Shown piece by piece: positions 42,882-53,398 of a DNA stretch of 64,000 nucleotides. The stretch covers positions 96,001 to 160,000 of the forward strand of contig CAWHTE010000003.1 of NCBI GenBank assembly GCA_963832165.1, read 5' to 3'. The notes beneath the pieces were generated by a model. It had not been told where the DNA came from. It worked only from the letters and a program-made list of their open reading frames with translations, and did no database searches. Within the stretch, counting starts at the first letter, position 1. Each line of letters opens with the position of its first letter. This DNA is from an uncultured delta proteobacterium. GTDB taxonomy: Bacteria > Myxococcota_A > UBA9160 > SMWR01. Made by a program: the position numbers and the translations under genes.

Positions 42882-43877
42882 TCATCCGCGTGCGGGTCTC
42901 GGGGCGCTCCGGCTCGCTGCAGCGTCTACCTGGCGGTCGATCCACGCGTAGGTCGCCCGCAAGCCGTCTTCGAGCGGCGCGGTGGGCTTCCAGCCGAGCT
43001 TCTGCTGGATCAGCCGGTTGTCCGAGTTGCGCCCGCGCACGCCCGTCGGTCCGGGGACGTTGCGGATCGTGAGGGTCTTGCCGGAGATCTTCATGATCAT
43101 GCCGGCCAGCTCGTTGATCGTGACCATCTCCTCGGAGCCGATGTTCACGGGACCCGGGAAGTCCGAGCGCGTGAGCCGCAGCACGCCGTCGATACACTCG
43201 TCGATGTAGAGGAACGAGCGGGTCTGCTTGCCGTCGCCCCAGATCTCGATCTCGCCGCCGTCGGGCGCCTCGGCGACCTTGCGGCAGAGTGCGGCCGGGG
43301 CCTTCTCCCGCCCGCCTCGCCACGTGCCCTGAGGGCCGTAGATGTTGTGGAAGCGCGCGATGCGCGCCTGGATCCCGTGGTTGCGCATGTAGGCCAGGTA
43401 GAGCCGCTCGCTGAACAGCTTCTCCCAACCGTATTCGCTGTCCGGATTGGCGGGATAGGCGCTGTCCTCGGCGCAGTTCGGATCGTCCGGGTCGAGCTGG
43501 TTGTGCTCCGGGTACATGCACGCGGACGACGAGTAGAAGATCCGCGAGATGTTCCGCCGGTGGATGGTCTCGGCCATGTTGAGATTGATCGTCGCCGAGT
43601 TGTGCATCACCTCGGCGTCGTGATCGCCCGTGAAGATGTAGCCGGCGCCGCCCATGTCGGCGGCGAGCTGGTAGACCTCGTCGAAGCGCCGGTCGATCAC
43701 GTGACGGCAGAACAGCGGATCGCGCAGGTCGCCGATCACGAAGTCGTCGGCCTGCGTGCGGCCGAACTCCGGGTACTTCAGGTCGACCCCTCTCACCCAG
43801 AGGCCCTCTGCCTTGAGGCGGGTCACCAGATGGTTGCCGATGAATCCACCGGCTCCGCAGACGATCGCTTGCTTCAT
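42882..43877 (-). CDS. GDP-mannose 3,5-epimerase-like NAD-dependent epimerase
   Basis: GAGGFIG, LAADMGG, YSSSACMYP, YGWEK, RFHNIYGP.GTW.GGREKAPAA.CRK and GVRGRNSDN. Confidence 0.88.
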   Translation of the reverse strand: MKQAIVCGAGGFIGNHLVTRLKAEGLWVRGVDLKYPEFGRTQADDFVIGDLRDPLFCRHVIDRRFDEVYQLAADMGGAGYIFTGDHDAEVMHNSATINLNMAETIHRRNISRIFYSSSACMYPEHNQLDPDDPNCAEDSAYPANPDSEYGWEKLFSERLYLAYMRNHGIQARIARFHNIYGPQGTWRGGREKAPAALCRKVAEAPDGGEIEIWGDGKQTRSFLYIDECIDGVLRLTRSDFPGPVNIGSEEMVTINELAGMIMKISGKTLTIRNVPGPTGVRGRNSDNRLIQQKLGWKPTAPLEDGLRATYAWIDRQVDAAASRSAPRPARG

Positions 43878-45118
43878 GCTCGTTCCCGGTGGGTGCCGCC
43901 GTTGGCGACGCCCGTGATGAGACGCTCGAACCGATCCGTGATCGCGTCGATGTCGAAGTTCTGCTCCGCGTATGCCCTGGCATTGCTGCCGAAGCGGTCG
44001 CGCAAGCCGGCATCGTCGAGCAGCTTGGAGGCCCCGTTCAGGAACTCCGACTCGTTGCCGGCTTCACAGACGATGCCGGATCCGCAGCCTATCACGATCC
44101 GTGCCGCGAGGTTCTTCGAAGGGGCCGAGAGCAGGAGGGGCCTCCCCGCGCAGTGGTAGGAGAGGGTCTTGGACGGGACCGAGTAGGCCCCCGCGGACGC
44201 CTCCAGGAGTACCACCAGCACGTCGGCCGCCGCCATCATCGCGGGTACTTCGTCATAAGGCTGGAAGGGGATGAGGTGCAAATTCGGGACGGGATGGCTG
44301 GCCTTCTGCGCCGCGAGCCAGTCCGCGCCGAGGCCTTCCGAGACCACGACGACCGCGACGTCGGGGAAGCGCCGGGCCAGCGCCAGGAGCCGCCCGGGGT
44401 CGTGCTTGTAGCCCAGCGTGCCCGAGTAGAGGAAGACGAACTGGTCCCCGAGCCCCTGCTTGGCCCGCCAGGCGTTCTCGCGCGGGAGCTGGGGCCAGTC
44501 CTTCAGTGGGGCCCAGTTGGGGATCACCGTGACCCGGCTCTGCGGCAGCCCGGCAAAGGCGAGCTCGCCCACGAAGTCGTCCGCGATGGCGACCACGTGC
44601 CGGCTGCGCCGCCACACGCGCCGCTCGACGCGCGCGATCCCGCCCGAGACGACCGCCGCGAGCGCCTTCGAGCGCTGGGACAGCGCCGCGGACACCGCGC
44701 GGAAGTAGACGTCCTGGAGCCAGTGGATGTAGGCGATGCCGAGCCTTTCGCAGGCCGCGCTCACGCGGTGGGCCATCGCGATCGACATGTTCGAGGACAA
44801 GAGCACCTGCGGTCGCTGCGCGCGCAGCTCTGCGATGAGCAGGTCGGCATAGCGCCGCTCTGCGATCAGCCGGTGCACTGCCGCGTACTTCGGAAACGGC
44901 CGGCCCCGCTCGATCGCGATCAGGCGAAACGTGTCGGGATCGTCCGGCAAGCGATCGAGCGGGCCTTTGGGGGACTGGAACTCGGACAGGTGGCTGTGCG
45001 TGACGTGGTAGCCGCGCTTCGCGAGTGAGCGCGACAGCTGCACCTGGAGCGGATGGCCCGAGGAGTCGTGAACCCAGAGGTGTCGATCTCCGGCCGACGA
45101 AGCGATCGCCGTGTCCAT
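43874..45118 (-). CDS. Glycosyltransferase family 4 (WcaI-like)
   Basis: WLQD, IPNWAP, LYSGTLGYKH, PFQP and SVPSK..SY. Confidence 0.87.
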   Translation of the reverse strand: MDTAIASSAGDRHLWVHDSSGHPLQVQLSRSLAKRGYHVTHSHLSEFQSPKGPLDRLPDDPDTFRLIAIERGRPFPKYAAVHRLIAERRYADLLIAELRAQRPQVLLSSNMSIAMAHRVSAACERLGIAYIHWLQDVYFRAVSAALSQRSKALAAVVSGGIARVERRVWRRSRHVVAIADDFVGELAFAGLPQSRVTVIPNWAPLKDWPQLPRENAWRAKQGLGDQFVFLYSGTLGYKHDPGRLLALARRFPDVAVVVVSEGLGADWLAAQKASHPVPNLHLIPFQPYDEVPAMMAAADVLVVLLEASAGAYSVPSKTLSYHCAGRPLLLSAPSKNLAARIVIGCGSGIVCEAGNESEFLNGASKLLDDAGLRDRFGSNARAYAEQNFDIDAITDRFERLITGVANGGTHRERA

Positions 45119-45122
45119 GCGT

Positions 45123-45992
45123 TCACGATCCCCGGAGATAGGGATTCCCGAGCGTCCGACCCGAGCGCTCGCCGATTCGGGCGACCCGGAACGGGTGGTC
45201 GAAGATGTGCGCGATGAACATGCAGTCGATCCAGCGCGCGCTCTTGAAGATCCGCTCGTTGCGCAGGAAGTTGTACGGGACGATCTTGCGTTGGTCGTGC
45301 GAGCGATTGAAGTCCTCGATCGCGAGCAGCGCACCCGCGTACGGGTTGTGCCAATCGGACCAGACGTCGTCGAAATAACAGGTCACCTTCGGGAGGTACT
45401 GATTCGGGTCGCCCTGGAACAGGCCCAGCGCTTCGAGCGTGCTCCAGTAGTAGTCGAGGTCGAACGAGACGAAGCCGATCGGCGAGCGGACCTCGCTCAC
45501 GAATGCGGGCACCGTCTCGGCGACGTCGCCGAACAGGATCCGGGCGTTCGGCGGCAGGCGATCCGCGAGCTCCTGCGGGTCGGTCGACGGATAGTCGCCG
45601 AGGCTGTAGAGCTCGGGGTGGTCGCGCCAATCGCGCGGCGGCGGCAGGCCGGTGCCGCTGTCGAATCCGATGATGTCGAAGCCGACGCCGGTGACGCGTT
45701 CGACTTGCGCAGCGATCTCACAGAGGTTGAGCAGGCCCGCACCCGACGCGACGCCGAACTCGACCGCCGAGATCCGTTTGGCGCCAGTCTCGACGGCGAG
45801 ATCCGCTGCCGCCAGCAGGCCGAAGGCGTGCTGTTGGCGCACGACGAGATCGAAGGCCACCTTCGATCGGAAGCCGCCGAACAGACCCACGGCGAGCGAG
45901 ACGAGGTTCAGGTGCAGCGGCTCGGGCAGCCGCTCGAGGGCGATTCTCCGCCACACCCTCCTCTCCGTGAGTTTCTTTACGAGATACCGCAT
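45123..45992 (-). CDS. Putative TylF/MycF-like O-methyltransferase
   Basis: VEFGVASG, GFDSGTGLP, FVSFDLDYYWST and YFDD resemble the TylF motifs. Confidence 0.6.
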   Translation of the reverse strand: MRYLVKKLTERRVWRRIALERLPEPLHLNLVSLAVGLFGGFRSKVAFDLVVRQQHAFGLLAAADLAVETGAKRISAVEFGVASGAGLLNLCEIAAQVERVTGVGFDIIGFDSGTGLPPPRDWRDHPELYSLGDYPSTDPQELADRLPPNARILFGDVAETVPAFVSEVRSPIGFVSFDLDYYWSTLEALGLFQGDPNQYLPKVTCYFDDVWSDWHNPYAGALLAIEDFNRSHDQRKIVPYNFLRNERIFKSARWIDCMFIAHIFDHPFRVARIGERSGRTLGNPYLRGS

Positions 45993-46162
45993 GCGATGAT
46001 GGGAGCCTCTTCGCCTTGGACGCCGCGCCCTTCCGGGCGCCGCGCCGTTCCATTCGAGAGCCTGAACGTAAGCTCCCCCATCATAAACGGAATTCGCCTC
46101 GGCTGTGCACCGGATTCGCGGTTTCACAGGCCGGTCGGGCCCCGAAACGCGCGCTACGCAGT

Positions 46163-47374
46163 ATGCGAGTCCTCCAGGTCCACAATTTCTACCGCTCGGG
46201 CACGCCGAGCGGCGAGAACCGCGTCGTCGAGCGCGAATCGGCCCTGCTCGCGCAGGCCGGGCACGAGGTGCAGCTGTTCTCCCGGCACAACGACGAGTTC
46301 GAGCAGCGCCCGTTTGCGATCGGCGCCGAGGCTTCGCTGCTCGAGCCCTGGAACTACTGGGAGCATGCGCGCTTCCTGCAGCGTGTTGCCGGCTGGAGAC
46401 CGGACGTGGTGCACTTCCATAACACCTTCCCTCTGATCACGGCGGCCGCGGTGCACGCCGCGCGCGACGCGCAGCTGCCCCGGGTGTGGACGGTGCACAA
46501 CTATCGCCCCTGGTGCGCCTCCGCGGACACCTTCCGCGACGGCCGCACGTGCACCCTGTGCCTCGACCAGAGCTCCGTGCTGCCCGCGCTGCGCTACGGG
46601 TGCTATCGGAACAGCCGGTCGCTGACGTTCCCGGTGGCGATGTCGATCGCGCTCCACCGCAGGCGGCAGACCTGGACCCGGGGCTTCCACAAGGTGATCA
46701 CGCTGAGCCGCTTCCAGGCCGAGCGGGTGGCCGCGCTCGGCATCCCCGAGGAGCGACTCACGGTCGTTCCGCATTGCACCGAGGACCGCGGCTTCCTGCC
46801 CTGGGAGCAGCGCGAGCGCGCGATCGTCTACCTGGGCCGACTGGCGCCCGAGAAGGGCGTCACGACGCTGCTGGAGGCCTATGCGAAGCTGCACAGGCCG
46901 CGCCCCCGGCTCGAGATCGCGGGCGATGGTCCGCTGCGCAGCCAGCTCGAAGAAACCTGCCGGAGCCAGTCGCTCGGCGCCGATGTGCGCTTTCACGGGG
47001 TCCTCTCCTCGAGCGACGCGCGTTCGCTGCTCGCGCGGAGCCGGCTCTTCGTTATGCCGTCCGAGTGGCGCGAGACGTTCGGTCTCGGGATCATCGAGGC
47101 GTTCTCGCACGGGGTGCCCGTGATCGCGTCGCGGATCGCAGGGTTGTCGGAGCTCGTGGAATCGGGAGTCACCGGGCATCTGTTCACTCCCGGAGACGTG
47201 GGCAACCTCGCACAGGTTCTCGCGACCACCACGGCGGACGAGGCGAAGCTGCGCGCCATGGCGGGCAACGCGCGCGCGACCTACGAAGAGCATTATTCGA
47301 CCGCGGCCGGCTTGCGGCGGCTCGAGGCGGTGTACAGCGAAGCGATCAAGGTCGCTTCGACGGATGCCGCCTGA
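46163..47374 (+). CDS. Glycosyltransferase family 4
   Basis: MRVLQVHNFY..SGE, HFHNTFP, TVHNYR, YLGRLAPEKG and PSEWRETFGL..IEAF. Confidence 0.9.
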   Translation: MRVLQVHNFYRSGTPSGENRVVERESALLAQAGHEVQLFSRHNDEFEQRPFAIGAEASLLEPWNYWEHARFLQRVAGWRPDVVHFHNTFPLITAAAVHAARDAQLPRVWTVHNYRPWCASADTFRDGRTCTLCLDQSSVLPALRYGCYRNSRSLTFPVAMSIALHRRRQTWTRGFHKVITLSRFQAERVAALGIPEERLTVVPHCTEDRGFLPWEQRERAIVYLGRLAPEKGVTTLLEAYAKLHRPRPRLEIAGDGPLRSQLEETCRSQSLGADVRFHGVLSSSDARSLLARSRLFVMPSEWRETFGLGIIEAFSHGVPVIASRIAGLSELVESGVTGHLFTPGDVGNLAQVLATTTADEAKLRAMAGNARATYEEHYSTAAGLRRLEAVYSEAIKVASTDAA

Positions 47375-48703
47375 TGCAGGCGGATCGCACGCGCGAGTTC
47401 GGAATCCCGATCAGCTTCGTGCTCTTGTGTGCGGGTGCGTTCTTCACGCCGTGCACCCTGTGGATGGTGGTCCACGGCGCGTTGTCCTATGCCGACGCGT
47501 TCTTCCTCGCGAGCGCCGTCGTCTTCGCGATCTCCCACGCGCTGCGCGCTCGGCCGGTTCCGTTCTCGCTCTTGATGGTCGTCACCGCGGTGCTGCTCTT
47601 GATCGTGAGCCTGCTCAGTTGGATCGAGTTCGACGATCGGGCCAGCGTCACCGAATGCCTGAAGCTGATCGCCGCGATCGCGATCATTCCGATGGTCATG
47701 GCCTGGTCGCTCTCGCTCGTGGATCTGCGGTCGACCCGATATCTGCTGCTCTTGTGGGTGCTGGGCGCGTCGCTCTCGGCCCTGGTTGCGGTCGGGGGGC
47801 GGCACGGCTTTGCGCCGTTCGGATTGGTCGATGAGGGCGTCGGTTGGCGCCTGTACGGGCTGACCTATCACCCGAACTCGATGGGGTACTGCTCCGCGCT
47901 GGCAGCTCTCGCCGCGATCTATCTGCTGCTGACGACCCGGCTGATGGTGGTGCGAGGCGCATACCTCGGGTTGCTCGCGTTGCTCCTGTATTCGGTCCAG
48001 CTCTCGGGGGCGCGCGCTTCGCTCGGAGCCACGGCGGTGTCGCTGGTTCCGTTCGTACTCCATTTCATCACGCACGTGCACGAGCGGCGCGTTCGCGTCG
48101 TCCTGGCGGTCGGCGCAGCCAGTTGCGCCGCCCTGACGATCGCGTTCGCGGCCGGGGATCTCGCATCCAATCTCATGAATCCCGACGGAGCGATCGCGAG
48201 GCTCTTCTCGGGTAACGAATCGGTCGACCAATCCGACTATGTTCGCGACCAGATCAAGGCGCATTCGTGGGCCGGGTTCCAAGATCTCTCCGGTCATCGG
48301 ACAGGGATTCCAACACATGCGCCTCGCGCACAACTACTTCCTGCAGGTGCTCCACGCGGGCGGATTCGTCGCGCTGGGGATCTTCGGCATGTGGATCATC
48401 GGCCTGGGATATCTCTACGCCAGCCACTTCCGCCGCGAGTATCTGCTGACGAACGATCCCGATCGGCAGCTGCTCTGGGTGACGATGACTTCCCTGATCC
48501 TGTGCTTTGCGGTGCACGGATACGCGCAGACGTTCATAACCGACCGCAACGGATACCTGTGGGTGGGGATCCTGCTTGCGTACGGCATGCGAATGCAGCA
48601 GATCAGTCTGGATCGGTCTGCGTCACCCGTCGAAACAACGCCTGCTTTGCGCGCGAGATCGCAAACTGCCAGCTCCGCGGCAGGCGCCGCAGCACGGCGT
48701 TGA
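47374..48703 (+). CDS. O-antigen ligase/Wzy-family polymerase (frameshift ~48285)
   Basis: Multi-TM protein; RLYGLTYHPN, LSGARA, P.IGQG and AHNYFLQ (Wzy_C). Confidence 0.8.
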
Positions 48704-49553
48704 CCGCGTTCTTCCCCTCCAGCTCTTCCAGGGGCCACGGGGTCTGCGCGCGGTACGCGCGATACACGCCTGCCAATGGGTGCAGGCTGCGGTAGTACCA
48801 CGGCTTGACGTCGACGGTGCCGTTGAACTGGACCACGGCGGGCGAAGTGCGCGCCTCCTCCCGGCAGAGCATCGAGTAGCCGTCGCTGTCGTCGTCGGGC
48901 TCGAGCCACAGATGGGCGAGCGCGTTCCACTTCGGGTGCACTTTCAGCCAGCGATCGCGCGCGGCGAGGTTCAGCGTATCCTGATCGGGCCAGACCAGAT
49001 CCTGCGCGGCCTCCTCGGCGAAGTGCAGGACGCTCTCCGTGAAGCGCTCGCGCCGCATCACCTCGAGATCCATTAGCAGTACGCCCGAGTTGAAATAGCC
49101 TCCGCGCACGTCGAGCCCGAGCCGGACGAGGTTCAGGTCGCTCGAGGACACCTTCTGCGCGATCGCCGCGAGAAAGTCGTCCTTCGCGAGTGGAGCGGAA
49201 TAGAGCGGGGCGAGGCTCTGGAGCACGACGCTGTCGGCGTCGAGATACAGCGCCCGTTCCTGGTCGACGAGCGACGGGAAGAAGATCCGATACCAGATCG
49301 CGCGATGATAGGAGCGGCCCGGGGGCACGCGTGCGCTGTCCGAATCGGAGAGCCGATACACGCGCAGCTCGATGCCGAGCCGTTCGAGGAAGCTCTCGAG
49401 CGTTGCCGACACGTCGGAGCTCAGGTCTCCGTCGTGGAGGACGTGCGCGACCACGCGCTCCGCGCCCTTCGCGGCGGCCAGTGACGCCGCGAGCACCGCG
49501 AAATGCGGCGCATAGCCGTCGTCGAACGTACAGGCGAGATGGATGTCCGACAT
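48603..49553 (-). CDS. Glycosyltransferase family 8
   Basis: YLDADS (DxD), YFNSGVLL, DQD.LN, WN and KPW. Confidence 0.9.
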   Translation of the reverse strand: MSDIHLACTFDDGYAPHFAVLAASLAAAKGAERVVAHVLHDGDLSSDVSATLESFLERLGIELRVYRLSDSDSARVPPGRSYHRAIWYRIFFPSLVDQERALYLDADSVVLQSLAPLYSAPLAKDDFLAAIAQKVSSSDLNLVRLGLDVRGGYFNSGVLLMDLEVMRRERFTESVLHFAEEAAQDLVWPDQDTLNLAARDRWLKVHPKWNALAHLWLEPDDDSDGYSMLCREEARTSPAVVQFNGTVDVKPWYYRSLHPLAGVYRAYRAQTPWPLEELEGKNAVNAVLRRLPRSWQFAISRAKQALFRRVTQTDPD

Positions 49554-49558
49554 CGAGC

Positions 49559-50386
49559 TCAGTGCCGGGCGGACTGGCTGCGGAACTCCTTCACGACGGC
49601 ATCGGGAATCGCGGCGCTTCGCGTGCGCAGCGCGACCGTGTCCCGGTCGTCGGAGAAGCACTCGTATCCCTTGTCCGCGAGCATGGCCTCGCATGCGCTC
49701 CGGTCGGCCGGGGAGAGATGCGGGTGCTCGTAGATCAGCAGCGGAATCGACCAGCGGTCGAAGTCGATCATCTTGAGGATCTCGAAGTCGTAGCCTTCCG
49801 TGTCGATGTTCAGGACGTCGATCCGCTGCACGCCGTGTTTGCGGGTCAGCGAGTCGAAGCTCAGCGTCTTGACGTCCGTGGTGATGACGCGGTCCTTGAT
49901 GTCGGGAATCAGGTGGTCGTGTTTGAGAACGACCTCGAGCCGGAACGAGCCCAGCGCGTCGTAGAGCCTCGGCAGCTTCTCGCCGGGGGTCGCTTGCCGA
50001 AGGTGGTGGAAGGGCAGGGTGCCGTCGCGGTCTGCGATCGCGACGTTCTCGAGGACGACGCCGGGGACCGTCCCGAAGTTCTTCTGCAGGCGCGCGAACA
50101 CGTAGGGCACCGGCTCGATCATGATGCCGCGCCAATGGTCGTTCAGAATCGAGTAGCGCAGCGGATCCAGCTGGTCCCCGTCGTTCGAGCCGATCTGCAC
50201 GAAGAACACCTCGGGGACGCTCTTCGCGAAGGCCCTCACCACGAGCTCGATCGGATCGTTGTTGAGAACGAACCGGCGGCTCACCGATCGCAGCGCGCGG
50301 AACGCCGCGGAGTCCGCCGGCACGAGCGGTCGGACGAGCGGCAAAACCCGCGCAGCGAGGGCCCTGAGGCTCATGTTGGATGTCAT
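49559..50386 (-). CDS. FkbM family methyltransferase
   Basis: FVQIGSNDG..DP, IEP and IDTEGYDFEILK; paralog of 34632..35418. Confidence 0.88.
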   Translation of the reverse strand: MTSNMSLRALAARVLPLVRPLVPADSAAFRALRSVSRRFVLNNDPIELVVRAFAKSVPEVFFVQIGSNDGDQLDPLRYSILNDHWRGIMIEPVPYVFARLQKNFGTVPGVVLENVAIADRDGTLPFHHLRQATPGEKLPRLYDALGSFRLEVVLKHDHLIPDIKDRVITTDVKTLSFDSLTRKHGVQRIDVLNIDTEGYDFEILKMIDFDRWSIPLLIYEHPHLSPADRSACEAMLADKGYECFSDDRDTVALRTRSAAIPDAVVKEFRSQSARH

Positions 50387-50930
50387 CGCTCCACCATCGG
50401 AAAGTGCCGCTTCAAGGGTCCGATCTTCTGCTCAATGAACAGGTAGGAAAAGTGGCCGATCAGGATGGCAGACGCGACGCAGATTGTGTGGACAATGTTT
50501 TCGAAGACGGGGAAGCGTCTGCCGAGCGTCAGCACGATGAGGAAGGCCAGCCCGTGGAGCATGTAGATCGAGTAGCTGCGGTCGCCGATCCAGGTCATGA
50601 GCGGGTGTGAGAGGCCCTCCCGAATCACGCGCAGCCGCCCACTGCGGAGCAAGCCGATCAGGCCGAATGAGGCCAATGCGAAGCCGAACACATTCCATCG
50701 CCAGCTTCCGTAGGTGAGGAGGTCCTCGTCGAGCATGGCCAGAATCGAGCCCAGGGCGAGGCCGTCGACGCGGCTGCCGAGCAGGACGACCGAGTGGTTC
50801 GGATCGCGCGTGTAGACACCCAGGATCACCGAAGGCCAATAGGTGGTTGCGCGACGGCGCGAAGCCCATCCAGCTCGCGCCAGCGAGCTTCGGATAGGGG
50901 AGTGCTGTCGCGGTCGGTGCGGGGCAGCAT
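50383..50930 (-). pseudogene. Acyltransferase family 3 (O-acyltransferase) with large internal deletion
   Basis: From ATG 50930: ...RWRELDGLRAVA, then a stop. A different frame carries the C-terminal half (RVDGLALG, WIGDRSYSIYMLH, SYLFIEQ). The central motifs are absent. Confidence 0.78.
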
Positions 50931-50952
50931 CGTACGATGCCGCGCACGACGG

Positions 50953-51876
50953 TCAAAGCATTATTCCGCGCACTCTGATCGCAGCGGCGCTCTTCAGCCG
51001 CGCCGCGACCTTCTCGGGCTCGCGCAGGTAGAGCGTGTTGTAGCCCTCGCGATTGGGGCGACCCCCGAGATCGCGAAGTTGCCTGCGCATGGGGTCGTAG
51101 TCGTAGCTGGAAAAGCCGTGTTCCAGCATTCGTTCGTGGGGGCCTGCAGGCGTTCCGAAGCGCGCGCCCAGACCGAACGCGTCCTCGACCAGCACCGCGA
51201 GAACGGACGGCCTAACGAGCGTTTGCGCTGCACCCGCGATCACGCGCGATTCGTAGCCCTCGGCGTCGACCTTGATCATGGTCGCGTCGCGCCCCGCGAG
51301 CGCGTGGTCGATCGTGGTCTGATCGAGCGTTAGCGACGCCTGCGCTTCGCTCCCGTCCTCGACGACGTGGTTCAGGTCGCGCAGGCCGGCCGTGAATCGC
51401 ACACGGCCCTCGCGGTCCCCCACGACCGCGCCGAACACCGAGACGCGGTCTTCCAGGTGGTTCAGCCGGACGTTGTCCACCAGCGCGGCGTTCGTGACCG
51501 GATCGGGTTCGAACGACAGGGTGTGCGCGCCCGCGGCACCGCTCGCGAGCAGCGTGTAGGTCCCATAACACGCACCTACGTCCACGAACACGTCGCCAGG
51601 CCTCAGGAAGTGCGCACAGAACGCCATGTCCGAGAATTCCTGGAGGCCCATGTGCACCACGCCGGTAGCGCCCCACATCCCCGTTCCGATGTACATGCGC
51701 AGCTGATTCACGAACGGGTAGACGACGGGCTGGCTCAGTAGCCGGCTACCGACATGCCACGAGAAGAAGCGCCACGCGGTCTGCCAGAAGTGCTCGCGGT
51801 TCAGCGGATGCCGAAAGGTCGCGGCGAAGAAGTGGCGCAGATAGGCCGCGCGCTGCCGAAACGTGGGTGCCGACAC
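50953..51876 (-). CDS. FkbM family methyltransferase
   Basis: HPLNR, LRPGDVFVDVGA, SFEP and KVDAEGYE; paralog of 41965..42874. Confidence 0.88.
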   Translation of the reverse strand: MSAPTFRQRAAYLRHFFAATFRHPLNREHFWQTAWRFFSWHVGSRLLSQPVVYPFVNQLRMYIGTGMWGATGVVHMGLQEFSDMAFCAHFLRPGDVFVDVGACYGTYTLLASGAAGAHTLSFEPDPVTNAALVDNVRLNHLEDRVSVFGAVVGDREGRVRFTAGLRDLNHVVEDGSEAQASLTLDQTTIDHALAGRDATMIKVDAEGYESRVIAGAAQTLVRPSVLAVLVEDAFGLGARFGTPAGPHERMLEHGFSSYDYDPMRRQLRDLGGRPNREGYNTLYLREPEKVAARLKSAAAIRVRGIML

Positions 51877-52030
51877 TCGGCGCCTAGATTGCGCCAGCCA
51901 CGGGGGCAACGCTACGCGTCGCGGCGCGCGTTTTCGCGTCTCAGGCCATCGGTCTCTGGTACGCTCGGGCCGCCCTTGAGCCGGTGGTCAGCACTGCTGC
52001 CTACGCCTGCGCGCATCGGCGGCGCGCATC

Positions 52031-53398
52031 ATGAGCATCTACCGACAGTTCTTCTCCGAGAGTCTGGCCCTGCTCTCGGCTCGCGGCCTGATGCTGGCCG
52101 TGCGGATCGGAACGTCGATCCTCGTGGCGCGCGCGCTGGGCCCGGAGCTCTACGGCGAGTTTGCCTACGCGCTCTCGGTCATCTTCATCCTGACCGTGCT
52201 GTGCGGCCTCGGCATGATGCGCCCCGTGCTGCGGCTGTCGGTCGAGCGGCGTTCTGCAGATGACGTCCTGTTCCCGACGGCGCTGATCCTCGCGTTGAGC
52301 GCAACCGCTCTCGCCGTGTCGGGTATCTGGCTCGTCGAAGGTCTGTCGCAGGCCGGACTCGGATTGCTCGCGCTGATGGCCCCGATGCTGATCACCGCCA
52401 CGAGCGATCTGGTCGTGAACTGGCATCAGGGGCAGCAGTCGTATCGCCCGATCGCCCTGCTCCAGGGCAGCGTCTCGCTGCTGACCGCAGTCCTCGTGAT
52501 CGGGCTGTACTTCGCGGGCGCCACGGCGGCCCAGTTCGCGATGGTCATGGTGTTCGACGCCGCGCTGTCCGCGGCGGTCGTGTGGTGGAACCGGCCGCGC
52601 GAGCTCCGGATCCGCGCATCGGCACTCCGGCGCGACTTCGCCCCTAACGTTCGGCGGATCCTCGGCGAAGCCTGGCCGTTCCTGGTCAACGACATGATCT
52701 TCCTCGCGATGGTGCGCGTCGATCAGATCGCCGTGAGCCACCTCGCGGGCAGCGAGGAGATGGCCTTCTACGTCGTGGCGGGACGGCTCACGGAGCTGTC
52801 CGCGTTCGCGCCGAATGTCGTCGCCACCGCGTTCATCCCGGTGCTCGCGCAGCTGCGCACGCGCGGAGACGAATTCACCGAACACGTACTCCGCCAGGTG
52901 TACATCGCAGTGCTGGCCGCGGGGCTCCTCTGTTCGGCGGTGCTCGTGCTGGCGCGCACACCGCTGATCCAGCTGATCTTTGGATCTTCCTACCTGCCCA
53001 GCACGGACATCATCGCGATCCACGCGTGGGCCTGTGCCCCGGCGTTCCTGATCGCTCTGCGCGCCCAGTGGGTGACGCTGCACGGTTACCAGCACCGCTT
53101 CCTGTTGTTCGGCTTCGTCGGTGCGATCGCGCAGATCGCCACGCTGTGGCTGCTCGTGCCGCACTATGGCGGGAGGGGCGCAGCCGTCGCCTACCTGGTC
53201 GGTCTGTGCACCTACCTGTACGTAGCGCCGCTGTTCGGCGGCGCGGCGATCGCGCGCCACACTCGCGTGCTCCTCGGCACGTTCAATGTCCTCCGCTGGC
53301 CGGCTGCGATGCGGACCGTCGCGCGGGTGGTGCGCGGTGGAGCGGGCTCGCTCTTCAGCGCTTCACCCCCAACCGGGCCGAGTAGTCCATCCGCGTGA
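52031..53398 (+). CDS. wzx: Wzx-type oligosaccharide flippase
   Basis: VARALGPELYGEF, about 12 hydrophobic segments, RVDQ.......G......Y.VA.R. Confidence 0.85.
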   Translation: MSIYRQFFSESLALLSARGLMLAVRIGTSILVARALGPELYGEFAYALSVIFILTVLCGLGMMRPVLRLSVERRSADDVLFPTALILALSATALAVSGIWLVEGLSQAGLGLLALMAPMLITATSDLVVNWHQGQQSYRPIALLQGSVSLLTAVLVIGLYFAGATAAQFAMVMVFDAALSAAVVWWNRPRELRIRASALRRDFAPNVRRILGEAWPFLVNDMIFLAMVRVDQIAVSHLAGSEEMAFYVVAGRLTELSAFAPNVVATAFIPVLAQLRTRGDEFTEHVLRQVYIAVLAAGLLCSAVLVLARTPLIQLIFGSSYLPSTDIIAIHAWACAPAFLIALRAQWVTLHGYQHRFLLFGFVGAIAQIATLWLLVPHYGGRGAAVAYLVGLCTYLYVAPLFGGAAIARHTRVLLGTFNVLRWPAAMRTVARVVRGGAGSLFSASPPTGPSSPSA

